A stretch of DNA of 64,000 bases, taken from positions 384,001 through 448,000 of the forward strand of contig CBDCTZ010000012.1 in NCBI GenBank assembly GCA_965222375.1, in the 5' to 3' direction. Positions 31,001-41,040 of this stretch are shown here, one piece after another (the stretch's first letter is position 1; the number at the start of each line of letters is the position of its first letter). The notes under the pieces were generated by a model. The model was not told where the DNA came from, did not search any database, and saw nothing but the letters and a program-made list of their open reading frames with translations. Source of the DNA: Polyangiaceae bacterium. Its GTDB lineage: Bacteria > Myxococcota_A > Polyangia > Polyangiales > Polyangiaceae. The position numbers were made by a program, and so were the translations under genes.

Positions 31001-31191
31001 TGACAGTTCTGGCACTTGTTGGCGTTCTCGAGCACCACCCCCTGCGCCGGCTGCGTCCCAGGCATGCGTACCAGGGGATCCGAGGCCACTGTTTTCGGTG
31101 TCCAAGCCAGGGACGTGCTGGGTCCGAGGAGCGCAGCACCCAGGATGGTCCCGCTGAGCAGAAGAGCGGCGTTCGGACGCACGTATCCCAT
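28087..31191 (-). CDS. Secreted multiheme c-type cytochrome (5 CxxCH) with Cys-rich repeats, Gly/Thr/Ala stalk and MYXO-CTERM-type anchor
   Basis: CQNCH, CLRCH, CDSCH, CGVCH, CQDCH; CTPLDQCHVAGVC repeats; GGCSC + TM + RRRPRRR. Confidence 0.85.
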   Translation of the reverse strand: MGYVRPNAALLLSGTILGAALLGPSTSLAWTPKTVASDPLVRMPGTQPAQGVVLENANKCQNCHDGYDPKVDIGTHWRGSMMSQAMRDPIFLATFAVALQDSIWALGNPNAGDLCLRCHTPPGWLGGRSDPPNGTALAGGDFDGISCDSCHRQVNPFFEQTFAGIREGNDWLGYWDETNSTARPSSTEAQTTRLADRVEVNPLAFFNGNALYNKTSWLPIIAAWNENAGGQFVFSAVNDKRGSFADTNEKHGRLYSRYNKSRYMCGVCHDVSNPVLENLAFANTPPGNGTTVLPSEQRSAYAYGHVERTFSEFMLSDFGIGAGAPGSGAFAPSVFTTSRPNNNIATCQDCHMPDTVGAGCDKSGTPIRPTGSQEHPRSGQPLHDLTGGNTLMPWLLASAVSGSSNYDATNAQLLNQGVNVLTLNMTAGQPPDPPALLAGIVRATQNLQRAASIENVTYTAATGALAFRIRNHTGHKLISGYPEGRRMFVSVRSYIGGSVVAAINPYDTTAATLKGLPGSPNSPPLASGEQYLDALVYEAKLSSSLTGESHTFHFALATGRAKDNRIPPRGFRIAQATARLVEPVVAGVSTPSYFSAAEYAGGYDDVALTLPMNLDGVEVSLYYQSTSREYVEFLRDEIKGTGATTLASPTPSGETQAYIAQTDPFFSRLKAWGDTIWQLWDHNKNVPGAAPILMAQGVWGSVADPCAPAGSNGAPCNDGSLCTTDDKCANGVCVGNVVPCTPLDQCHVAGVCNPSTGICTNPLKGDGSSCSDNNACTLTDTCQSGVCTSASHVICSPLDQCHVAGVCDPSTGLCSNPAKPDNSPCSGGTCIGGNCVPTGTGGTSGTGGTSATGGISATGGIGATGGIGATGGIGATGGLGASGGTGATGGASATGGSGGIGATGGHAGAAGSSGAATGGAAGTSGASGTAGSSGAFTGGAAGTAGSAGAFTGGAVGSGGASGGSAGASTGGDAGAAGTSGAAPSSEDDGGCSCRTAPNPSNPAWWLLAAVLGLARRRPRRRGRTDAARLLFSNP

Positions 31192-31408
31192 ACCAGGGCG
31201 CAAGCATTGTGCGTGCCGCGCGTTTCTTCGCGATTTGAGCCTCGGCGACCCGCAATTGCTTCCGGAAGTCCGCCCCGGTCTGCAATCTCTGCACGCAGCC
31301 GCGCTTCAATCGGAGCGACTCCGCCGTGGGGCCGCTCCGCGCCCCGACGCTACGACCCAACACCCACCACGGCAGTCCTCGGTGTCGCGCCCGTGCTACG
31401 CTTCGCGC

Positions 31409-31620
31409 GTGAGTCAGCTTGCCCGGCAGCGCTACACGTTCCGCCAGTCGAGCAACTCAGCCCAGTCAAGCACGAGTTCCTAAACGGTGAGGTTTGGGCG
31501 ATGGCCGGCGGGACCCCGGACCATTCCGCCATCGCCGTGAACATCGCGGCACTTCTGAGCGCGCAGCTGCGAGGTCGCCCGTGTCGCGTGTTGAACTCGG
31601 ATCTGCGAATTCGGGTGGTG
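31409..31620 (+). pseudogene. Uma2-family endonuclease remnant, frameshifted and truncated
   Basis: MSQLARQRYTF, frameshift near 31445, then KHEFLNGEVWAMAGGTPDHSAIAVN...CRVLNSDLRIRV; C-terminal half absent. Confidence 0.75.
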
Positions 31621-31868
31621 GGCGGCCGGCAATCGCGGCGCGTCTTGAGGCCGAAAGTGGCTCCAGGCGTCGAGCACGGGCGCGGCTTCCGTTGTTTGGT
31701 TTGTTTTGGATGGGTCATGACTTCCGTCATCGGCAGTTCTTCGCGTTCCCGCCCGGCGCGCCGGGGCCGCGCGGAACGCGATGCGCGTGCAGGGGATGTA
31801 TGCAAAGGTCTCACAAGAGTGAGATGGGCGCGTTGACGCTTCTGCTCTACGCGCGCACTCTGGGTAGC

Positions 31869-34800
31869 ATGGGGACAGCCGATTCGGCGCGCTTGCGTCT
31901 AGGGTTTAGGGGGGGGGTAGCTTTGTCCATTTGCGTAGCCGCGGTGGGCTGCGGGAACAGGGACAGCGAGCCAACGCTTCGAACGACGGACGCTGTTGAA
32001 GTGGAGCAACCTGCGTTCGCCAGCGTTTCAGTGCCGGCCGTGTGCGGAAGCCAGAGCAGTTTCTCAACGACCTTTTCGCGAGCCATGGCCGTCGTGCCGG
32101 GCCTGCACGTCGGTGTGGTTGGGGTCGACTCGTTGATCGCAGTGGATTGCCCAGGCACGGGCTCGACTCCGGCCAACAGCGTCAAGCTATTGAACGCCAA
32201 GACGGGCGCAGTCGTGAAGACGGTGGACTTGAATAGCCCCAACCCCGGCGGGGAAATCGGACCCTGGCGGGCGTTCGCCGTGCGCGGGGATCGGGGCGAC
32301 ATGATCGGCTTGCGCGACGATGGCGGGGGTGGGTTCAGCATCTTGCGCATCGACGTGAGCGACATCCCGCAATTTCCCGCGACGGATCGAGTCCAGCCGC
32401 TGATCTCGATCACGAATACCGGTGGGATGCCGGCCGCCCTGGGCTGGGACGCGGAAAGCGATGAATTCGTCGTGGTTGTTGACTTACCGGGGGGCTCTGC
32501 AACAACCAAAGTCGACGAAATCCGACGCTACAAAGAATCGGGCACGCCCGCGTCGACGACCCCATTTTCGTTGGAGAAGTGTCCACGCGCCAACGGTGGG
32601 GTGATAGTCGGCACGCGTTCGCGGGGCATCACGGTCAGTGGCGCGACCGAAATCGTCAGCTGCGCAAACGCCTTCATCCAGACGCCGCCAGGGAGCAGTC
32701 GGTTTGTCACGGTCGCCGCAAATGGAATCACAGATAGACCAACAGCGGTGGGGGACACGTACGGCGACTCGGCCTGCGATCCGTACACATACCGTGACCA
32801 GGAGAAGACGCTGCTGTGGGCCCGAACCTTGGACGGCACGCGCGTCGACGGATACGTCGTGCCCAGCGGCACTTGCGGCGCGGCCGGCGCCGATCCGACC
32901 AACACGCAGAACTTGCTCGATCCGACTACCGGTGGTTTTAGCACGGGCTTCACCAACCTCTGCGCGACCGTGGATCGCGATCAAGATCTCGATGGCATCC
33001 TGGATTGTTGGGAAGTGCTAGGAGGCATCGACTGGGACTTGGACGGGACGTTGGACTACACCTTTCCGGCCAACATGGCTCCCAGCGTCTTCACGCAGGA
33101 CGTGTACGTCGAAATCGACTTCATGAAACTTCACGATCCGCGGGATGCGAAGTTCACCAACCCGATTGGCAGTGTTCAGGCCGCATTTGCGAATGCGCCC
33201 ACCTTCTTCGCCGCGGATGACATCCTTCAACTCTTTCCAATCTCAAGGAAACTTCACGTCTTGGTTGACGAAGAGCTACCACACGGGAATGAGATCACTT
33301 TCGGCGGGCCCGCAAATGGCGGTTGCACCTCAGCACCGGTTGCCGGGGTCGCTGATTTCGACCTGATCAAGAAGGCCCGTTTCGGGACCGCGGCGGAACG
33401 GTCTTCCACCAATGCGGGGAACTTGCTGGCGGCAAAGAAAAGTGTATTCAGATACAATCTCTGGGTGCACGCGTTGCGTGGGCAGTCGCTGTCCGGGTGT
33501 GCGGAAAGGGGTGGAAACGACTTCGTGGTGTCTCTCCCGGGCGCTCCGACCGAACCACTGGCCTATTTCTTCGACGCGCCGGCGGGAACATTCATGCACG
33601 AGTTGGGACACACCTTGGGCCTGTGGCACGGAGGCACGGCATTCAGCCTCAACTACAAGCCGAACTACCCCAGCGTGATGAACTACTCTTATCAGACCAA
33701 CCAAGCCACAAATCGTCGGCTCGACTATTCGCGCTCCGTGTTGGCGACGCTGGACGAGAAGGCGTTGAATGAGTCCAAGAACCCGGGCGTGCCCGGGTTT
33801 CCGACCGACGCGTTCGGCCAGCCCGGATGGGTGAAGTGGGTGCCGTGTAACGCGGCGCAACCGGGGTGCCTCTTCCAGGTCTCCCTCGCATCAGCTCCAA
33901 TCAACTGGAACGCAAACCTCTTTCCTTTGGAAGGCCTGCTGTCTCCAACCAACATCAACGGTAACACCTCGAACACGGACTTGCTGACCGGTTACGACGA
34001 CTGGAGCAATCTGAGCGTCAACTTCAAGAACAGCTACGACTACCTGGACGGCGTGCGCCTGAACATCGAGCCCGAGACGCCGTTACCTCTCGGACTGCGC
34101 GACGCGGACGCGGATGGGATCGCCAACCTCGAAGACAATTGCCCCCTCGTCTTCAACCCCAGCCAGGCCGATGCAGACAGCGACACCGTGGGTGACGCCT
34201 GTGAGGCCAGCGCGACGGGTTGGTCCATGTTCCGCGGTGGGCAGAGCCGCCGCGGCAGCGCGGGGGTCGTCGGGCCCCAGAATTCGCAGCTGCTCTGGTC
34301 GCGAACCCTCGGAAAGAAGTCATCCAGCTCCGTCGCCATCGGGATTGATGGACGCGGGCACGTTGGTGACGATTCCGGACGGCTGTACGCGTTCGATGCT
34401 GCTGGCGCTCTGCACTGGAGCTTTGATACTGGAAAACGCGTCGAGAGCAGCCCGGCGGTGGATCGCTTTGGCAACGTCTACTTCACGTCCAGCGACGATG
34501 GACTGTACTCGCTGAACGCCGCGGGCGGTTTGAACTGGCGCGTGGACATCGGTAAAGCCAGCGCTTCCTCGCCGCTGGTCACCCAGGGTGGCCTGGTCAT
34601 CGTCGGCACGGCCTCCAAGCAGGTCCTGGCGGTACGCGGGGGAACGACGCAATGGGTCTACCCGGCGGGTAGCCGGGTCGAGTCCTCTGCGGCCATGACT
34701 TCCGACGACCATTTCGTGATCGCCACCCAAAGCGGCAAACTGCTTTGCCTGTCGCAGACAGGTGCGCTGGTGTGGAGCCTGCAGCTTTCGGCGAAAACTG

Positions 34801-35240
34801 GCGTGACGCCAGCAGTCGCGGCGGATGGGACCATCTACATGGCAGACGAAGGTGGAACCGTGTACTCCGTCAGCCCGGCCGGGATGCTGAACTGGACCTA
34901 CTCCACGAACGAGCGCGTCCTGGCCTCAGCAGCACTCGCGGCGAGCGGCGAGGTGATAGTCGTGAGCCAGTCAGGGCAGCTGGAGGCGCTGTCTGCTGCT
35001 GGGACGCTCCTCTGGTCTTACCCCGTTGGCGCGAAGGTCTCGTCCTCGCCAGCCGCCGGCGCGGACGGCGCGGTCTACGTCGCGACCGAGAAAGGCACCG
35101 TCGTGGCAGTGCGTGGGGGCGCGGTGATTTGGTCCGCCAACGCTGGCAAGAAAGTCACAGGCTCGCCGGCCATCGATGCACGGGGCCGGCTTTGGATCGC
35201 CAGTGAAGATCGAAGCTTGCGAGTCTTCGGCGGGCCTTGA
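31869..35240 (+). CDS. Large lipoprotein: metzincin-type Zn metalloprotease + TSP type-3 repeat + PQQ-like beta-propeller
   Basis: Lipobox AVGC; HELGHTLGLWH and SVMNY Met-turn; DADGIANLEDNCPLVFNPSQADADSDTVGDAC; repeated SSPAV...G..Y/W blades; start inferred. Confidence 0.8.
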   Translation: MGTADSARLRLGFRGGVALSICVAAVGCGNRDSEPTLRTTDAVEVEQPAFASVSVPAVCGSQSSFSTTFSRAMAVVPGLHVGVVGVDSLIAVDCPGTGSTPANSVKLLNAKTGAVVKTVDLNSPNPGGEIGPWRAFAVRGDRGDMIGLRDDGGGGFSILRIDVSDIPQFPATDRVQPLISITNTGGMPAALGWDAESDEFVVVVDLPGGSATTKVDEIRRYKESGTPASTTPFSLEKCPRANGGVIVGTRSRGITVSGATEIVSCANAFIQTPPGSSRFVTVAANGITDRPTAVGDTYGDSACDPYTYRDQEKTLLWARTLDGTRVDGYVVPSGTCGAAGADPTNTQNLLDPTTGGFSTGFTNLCATVDRDQDLDGILDCWEVLGGIDWDLDGTLDYTFPANMAPSVFTQDVYVEIDFMKLHDPRDAKFTNPIGSVQAAFANAPTFFAADDILQLFPISRKLHVLVDEELPHGNEITFGGPANGGCTSAPVAGVADFDLIKKARFGTAAERSSTNAGNLLAAKKSVFRYNLWVHALRGQSLSGCAERGGNDFVVSLPGAPTEPLAYFFDAPAGTFMHELGHTLGLWHGGTAFSLNYKPNYPSVMNYSYQTNQATNRRLDYSRSVLATLDEKALNESKNPGVPGFPTDAFGQPGWVKWVPCNAAQPGCLFQVSLASAPINWNANLFPLEGLLSPTNINGNTSNTDLLTGYDDWSNLSVNFKNSYDYLDGVRLNIEPETPLPLGLRDADADGIANLEDNCPLVFNPSQADADSDTVGDACEASATGWSMFRGGQSRRGSAGVVGPQNSQLLWSRTLGKKSSSSVAIGIDGRGHVGDDSGRLYAFDAAGALHWSFDTGKRVESSPAVDRFGNVYFTSSDDGLYSLNAAGGLNWRVDIGKASASSPLVTQGGLVIVGTASKQVLAVRGGTTQWVYPAGSRVESSAAMTSDDHFVIATQSGKLLCLSQTGALVWSLQLSAKTGVTPAVAADGTIYMADEGGTVYSVSPAGMLNWTYSTNERVLASAALAASGEVIVVSQSGQLEALSAAGTLLWSYPVGAKVSSSPAAGADGAVYVATEKGTVVAVRGGAVIWSANAGKKVTGSPAIDARGRLWIASEDRSLRVFGGP

Positions 35241-35896
35241 TGCGCATACGTGTTGTCCTTGGTCTGTTCTTCATGGCGTGTGGAGGTGCGCTTCAAACGC
35301 CCGGAGGGGAAACGGCTTCGGAAGCGGGGGGTGCGCAACCCCAGAAGGACGCGTCGGGTTCTGGCGCCGTCGATGCGGGCTTGGTGCCTCGGGACGGGCA
35401 GGCACTGAGCGACGGGTCCAACTCTGGTGTCGTTGAAGCGGGCGCACTCGGGGAAGGCGGGATCCCACAGGTGGACTGCGACCAGGTCTGGCAGCAGTCC
35501 GGGATCAATTGCGCACACCCGCAGTGCAGCTTCGTGCAGGAGTACGGCTGTCGGCCCACGTCCTGCGATTTCATCCCGCTCGAGCACTGCCCGACCAGTC
35601 GCTGCCTGCGGTGGCCCGACTGCAACGGTGTGTTGCGCTGCGCGAACGTACCAACCGGTGGAGTTCCCGCGTGCGGACCGCACGGATCCGTCGGACCGGC
35701 ATGTTGCGCCGGCACAGTCCCCCGCTGCAATCACCTCCTCGCGAATGGCCAGTGTGGTGCACTTTATCTCGTCGGGCCGAACCACTTTCCCATGTGCTTG
35801 CGCTGTGGGAATCAAAAATGCGAGCCGCCTGAAGACAGCTGCAATTGCCCGGAGGACTGCCCGGCAGCGGGCGACGGAGGATCAGATGCGCACTGA
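35237..35896 (+). CDS. Cys-rich lipoprotein
   Basis: Signal ending FMAC; dense Cys; overlaps the upstream stop codon. Confidence 0.7.
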   Translation: MMRIRVVLGLFFMACGGALQTPGGETASEAGGAQPQKDASGSGAVDAGLVPRDGQALSDGSNSGVVEAGALGEGGIPQVDCDQVWQQSGINCAHPQCSFVQEYGCRPTSCDFIPLEHCPTSRCLRWPDCNGVLRCANVPTGGVPACGPHGSVGPACCAGTVPRCNHLLANGQCGALYLVGPNHFPMCLRCGNQKCEPPEDSCNCPEDCPAAGDGGSDAH

Positions 35897-36425
35897 GATG
35901 CTCACACTTGCCGTAGTGGTATGCTGCACGACAGGCTGCAGTGAAGAATCATCGTCCCCGTCGGGCGCAGGTGCGGGCGGCAGCGACGCTGGCGGAAGTG
36001 CGGGCGCGAGCAGCGGCGGCGTGGCTGCCACGGGTGGCCACTCGGCTGCAGGAACTGGCGGCAGCGGCGCGAGTTCCACGGGTGGCGCAGCGGGCAGCGG
36101 CGGCGCGACGCCCAGTGACGCCGGGACAGATGGACCGGATCCCTGCAAAGCCAAGGACCTAACCGATCAATGTGCTGTGTGCCTCGAGCAGAAGTGCTGC
36201 GCCGAAATCAAGGCGTGCGCTCCGGGCACGCCGTGTCTGACTCCGTCCGATCCAAGCGAACCCTCGGAGTACGAGTGCGCGTTCGTCTGCATACTGCAGA
36301 GTGGGGTGTCGTCCAAGGACGCCTGCTATGCGAAGTGTGCAGCCGCCGGGGGACAGGTGACCGCCGTGACGAGGGCGTTTGCCGACTGCTATTTCGTGAC
36401 CTGTGGCGCAACGTGCATTCCGTAG
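35886..36425 (+). CDS. Cys-rich lipoprotein with Gly linker
   Basis: MRTEMLTLAVVVCCTTGC, GGS linker, CAVCLEQKCC domain. Confidence 0.75.
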   Translation: MRTEMLTLAVVVCCTTGCSEESSSPSGAGAGGSDAGGSAGASSGGVAATGGHSAAGTGGSGASSTGGAAGSGGATPSDAGTDGPDPCKAKDLTDQCAVCLEQKCCAEIKACAPGTPCLTPSDPSEPSEYECAFVCILQSGVSSKDACYAKCAAAGGQVTAVTRAFADCYFVTCGATCIP

Positions 36426-36688
36426 CTTGGACCGGCACGTTTTCCGATGCGCCCGCATGCAACCTGCCCGTGGTCGCCGCTGCCATGCACCAGCGTCAGC
36501 TTGCATTGTGTGCGCCAGCGCCGTGCAGCGAGATGACGAACCATCGTGCGCTGATCGCCACCCGTGGCCTGGGTCGAGAATAGTGGCCCCGCGCCGCCCC
36601 AGTGCTCGACCCCAAACCAATCAACGGCAGCTATCGCCAAGAGCCGCAGCTTCGCGGCATTCCGTTCAACGCACAGCGACGCCGCCCC

Positions 36689-38329
<1,641 letters not shown>

Positions 38330-38369
38330 TGGGTTCGTCCTCGGCGCGGAGCATGCCACAATCCGCGCC

Positions 38370-38521
38370 GTGCGTTTCTTTGCCACGGCTCCGAAGGGAA
38401 CCGAGACGGTCCTGTTCGAAGAGCTCAGCGAACTGTCGGCGCCGCGCGCACGTCAGCGCCCGGGAGGCGTCGAGTTCGCGGGGCGTTTCGCGGATGCCGC
38501 TTGGCCCGCTGGGTCAGCTAG
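38370..38521 (+). pseudogene. Internally deleted copy of the THUMP methyltransferase gene (first 43 codons fused to the last ~7)
   Basis: 38370-38498 is collinear with 42852-42980; the tail cgcttggcccgctgggtcagctag matches the gene end at 43932-43955. Confidence 0.88.
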
Positions 38522-38595
38522 CCCCTCGCTCCGCCGACAGTGGCACTCCCAATCGGCGTCGCCAGGAGTTACTGTTTGTATGAGGACGAAGGGGG

Positions 38596-40200
38596 ATGCC
38601 CTCGAGCAAGCAAAAACCTGAGGCTGAGAGTGAAGCGGAGTCTCCGCTAGAGAGGGCGCAATCGCGAGTGTTTCCCTCCTACCATGAGCTATTCGAGCGC
38701 TCTGCGGACGCCAACCTGATCATCGACGGCGACACCTTCGTCGATTGCAACGACGCGACTGTGACAATGTTGCGCTACGCGAGCAAGGAAGAGCTACTTC
38801 AGACGCATCCGTCGGAGTTGTCGCCCGAGTTTCAGCCTGACGGACGGGTGTCCTTCGAAAAAGCGAACGAGATGATGGCCATTGCCTTCGCCGAGGGCAG
38901 CCACCGTTTCGAGTGGATGCATCAGCGAGCAGACGGAGAGGTCTTCCCCGTAGAGGTGCTGCTCACCTCCGTGCCCGCGGGGGACACGATCCTGCTTCAT
39001 ACGGTGTGGCGAGAGATCACCGAGCGCAAGCGGCTGGAGAAGGCGTTGCGCCACGCTCAAAAGATGGAAGCCGTGGGCAAGCTGGCTGGCGGGATCGCCC
39101 ATGATTTCAACAACATCTTGCTGACGATTCTGGGCTACGCGGGGCTGCTGAAGACACGCTTGATTGACCGTCCGGCGCTGGTGTGGGATGCCGACGAGAT
39201 CCTCAAGGCGGGGGAGCGCGCGGTGAAATTGACCGAGCAACTGCTGGCGTTTAGCCGTAAGCAGGATCTCCAGCCCGTCGTCTTGGATCTGACTGCCTTA
39301 GTCACTCGGCTCACTGGCGTGATCGGTCGTCTGATAGGTGAGGATGTCGAGGTGGTCGTGCAATGCGCGGAGGGTCCACTCCCAATCAAGGTCGATCCCG
39401 GACAGCTGGAGCAGGTCGTCTTGAACGTGGTTGCCAACGCGCGGGACGCGATGGCCAGAGGTGGCGTCCTGACCATACGAACTGCGCGCCCCGTCGGAGC
39501 GTCACCGGTGACTGGAAGCCAGCCGGGGGATCGCTGCATCGCGCTGACTTTCTCGGATACGGGCTCGGGAATGAGCTCTGAGGTCGTGGCCCGCGCTTTC
39601 GAGCCCTTCTTTACGACCAAGGAGCGTGGTCGCGGTACGGGCTTGGGATTGGCGAGCGTCTACGGCATCGTGAAACAGAGTGGTGGGGATGTGCGACTCC
39701 AGAGTCGGGAAGGGCACGGCACCACCGTGGAGATCCTGTTTCCGGAATCCCCGGAGGCGGTGCAGCCTAGCGATCATGCGCCAACCGGTCCCGAGCCGAC
39801 GCGGTCGCGAGGCGAGCGAGTGCTCGTTGTGGAGGACGACGCTGCCGCGGCCCGGCTGATCCTGCGTACTCTCGAACACGAGGGCTATCGCGCTGTTGTA
39901 GCGCGAAGCGGAAGGGAAGCACTCCAGCTAGCGGAGCGACTGGATTGGAACTGCGACATGATCCTCTCGGATGTGATCATGCCCGGTATGAGCGGTCCCG
40001 AACTCGTGCTCGAACTGCGAGCGAAGATGCCCGAGGTGAGTGTGCTCTACATGTCCGGGTATACGGACGACGTTCTGGCCCGCCATGGAATAGCGGCTGC
40101 AGACGCTGAGTTGATCCGTAAGCCGTTCACGCCGGAGCAGCTTGTCCGCCGCGTGCACGCGTTCTTGCGCCAGAGCCGGTCGGAGTCCGACGCTTCCTAG
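38596..40200 (+). CDS. PAS-domain hybrid histidine kinase / receiver
   Basis: PAS, AHDFNN H-box, NARDAM, DTGSG, FEPFFTTK, GTGLGL, receiver VEDD...DVIMP...KPF. Confidence 0.93.
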   Translation: MPSSKQKPEAESEAESPLERAQSRVFPSYHELFERSADANLIIDGDTFVDCNDATVTMLRYASKEELLQTHPSELSPEFQPDGRVSFEKANEMMAIAFAEGSHRFEWMHQRADGEVFPVEVLLTSVPAGDTILLHTVWREITERKRLEKALRHAQKMEAVGKLAGGIAHDFNNILLTILGYAGLLKTRLIDRPALVWDADEILKAGERAVKLTEQLLAFSRKQDLQPVVLDLTALVTRLTGVIGRLIGEDVEVVVQCAEGPLPIKVDPGQLEQVVLNVVANARDAMARGGVLTIRTARPVGASPVTGSQPGDRCIALTFSDTGSGMSSEVVARAFEPFFTTKERGRGTGLGLASVYGIVKQSGGDVRLQSREGHGTTVEILFPESPEAVQPSDHAPTGPEPTRSRGERVLVVEDDAAAARLILRTLEHEGYRAVVARSGREALQLAERLDWNCDMILSDVIMPGMSGPELVLELRAKMPEVSVLYMSGYTDDVLARHGIAAADAELIRKPFTPEQLVRRVHAFLRQSRSESDAS

Positions 40201-40228
40201 CGGCGTAGCGACTCCGCGCTCTTCACGG

Positions 40229-40783
40229 CTACGGACAGACCGAGCTTCGGTTTTTGACGACCGTCTGCATGACCCGACGGAAATGCTTCACACCCGGCGG
40301 CTCGGCCGGGCAAGCGGAGCATGTTGGCGCCCACGTGATCGAGCCGGGGTATCCCGGAGCAGTCAACTTCGCTCCGGCACCTTCGCCTTGGTACTTGTTG
40401 GTGTGCTCCAGTGCGAAAGACACTTCTGAGTTTCGGAACGCGCTCTCGACGTCCGCTCCCGACCACATGTTTCCGCCGCCACGCAGCTGTGTGCGGCACG
40501 GCGGTGGGCCATGCGTCGCGCGCCGAAAGAGGATTGTAGTGGGCGAGACGAAACCGACAGCGTTGCCGCCTTGCTGGTAGTCGAACAGCACCGTGTCGTG
40601 GGGGGCCGGAGCCGTCGTGGGAGGCGGCGAGGGGGCCGGCTGATGCTCACTCGGCGCCATGGGCGGCGCCAACTCCACAGTCGGCCGGGGCGCTGGCTGT
40701 GACGGCTGCGGCTGAGCCGGTGCGCAAGCCACGGTCAGGCCGACCAGCATCCCAACTCGGCAACGCCTTGTGGCCATCGACAT
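40229..40783 (-). CDS. Lipoprotein with Pro-rich linker
   Basis: Signal ending TVAC; start inferred. Confidence 0.65.
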   Translation of the reverse strand: MSMATRRCRVGMLVGLTVACAPAQPQPSQPAPRPTVELAPPMAPSEHQPAPSPPPTTAPAPHDTVLFDYQQGGNAVGFVSPTTILFRRATHGPPPCRTQLRGGGNMWSGADVESAFRNSEVSFALEHTNKYQGEGAGAKLTAPGYPGSITWAPTCSACPAEPPGVKHFRRVMQTVVKNRSSVCP

Positions 40784-41040
40784 CAAACCTAGCACGGACC
40801 GCTCAACAGCCGCCCGCCAGCAACCGCTCGAGCACCCGAACCCGCTGCGCTTCGCGACAGGCTCGCGTGCACACCCACTCACGGCGCGCGCCACGGTTCT
40901 CGCGGGGTCGCGGCTGTCCATGTAGCCACGCGGTACGTGTGCGTTGACACGGTCCACGCAAAACGGGTCCGTCCCGATGCCCTGCCCGCAGCGAAGGTAA
41001 ATCCCTATGCAAGCGATCGTCGATCCGATACCTTTCTCTC

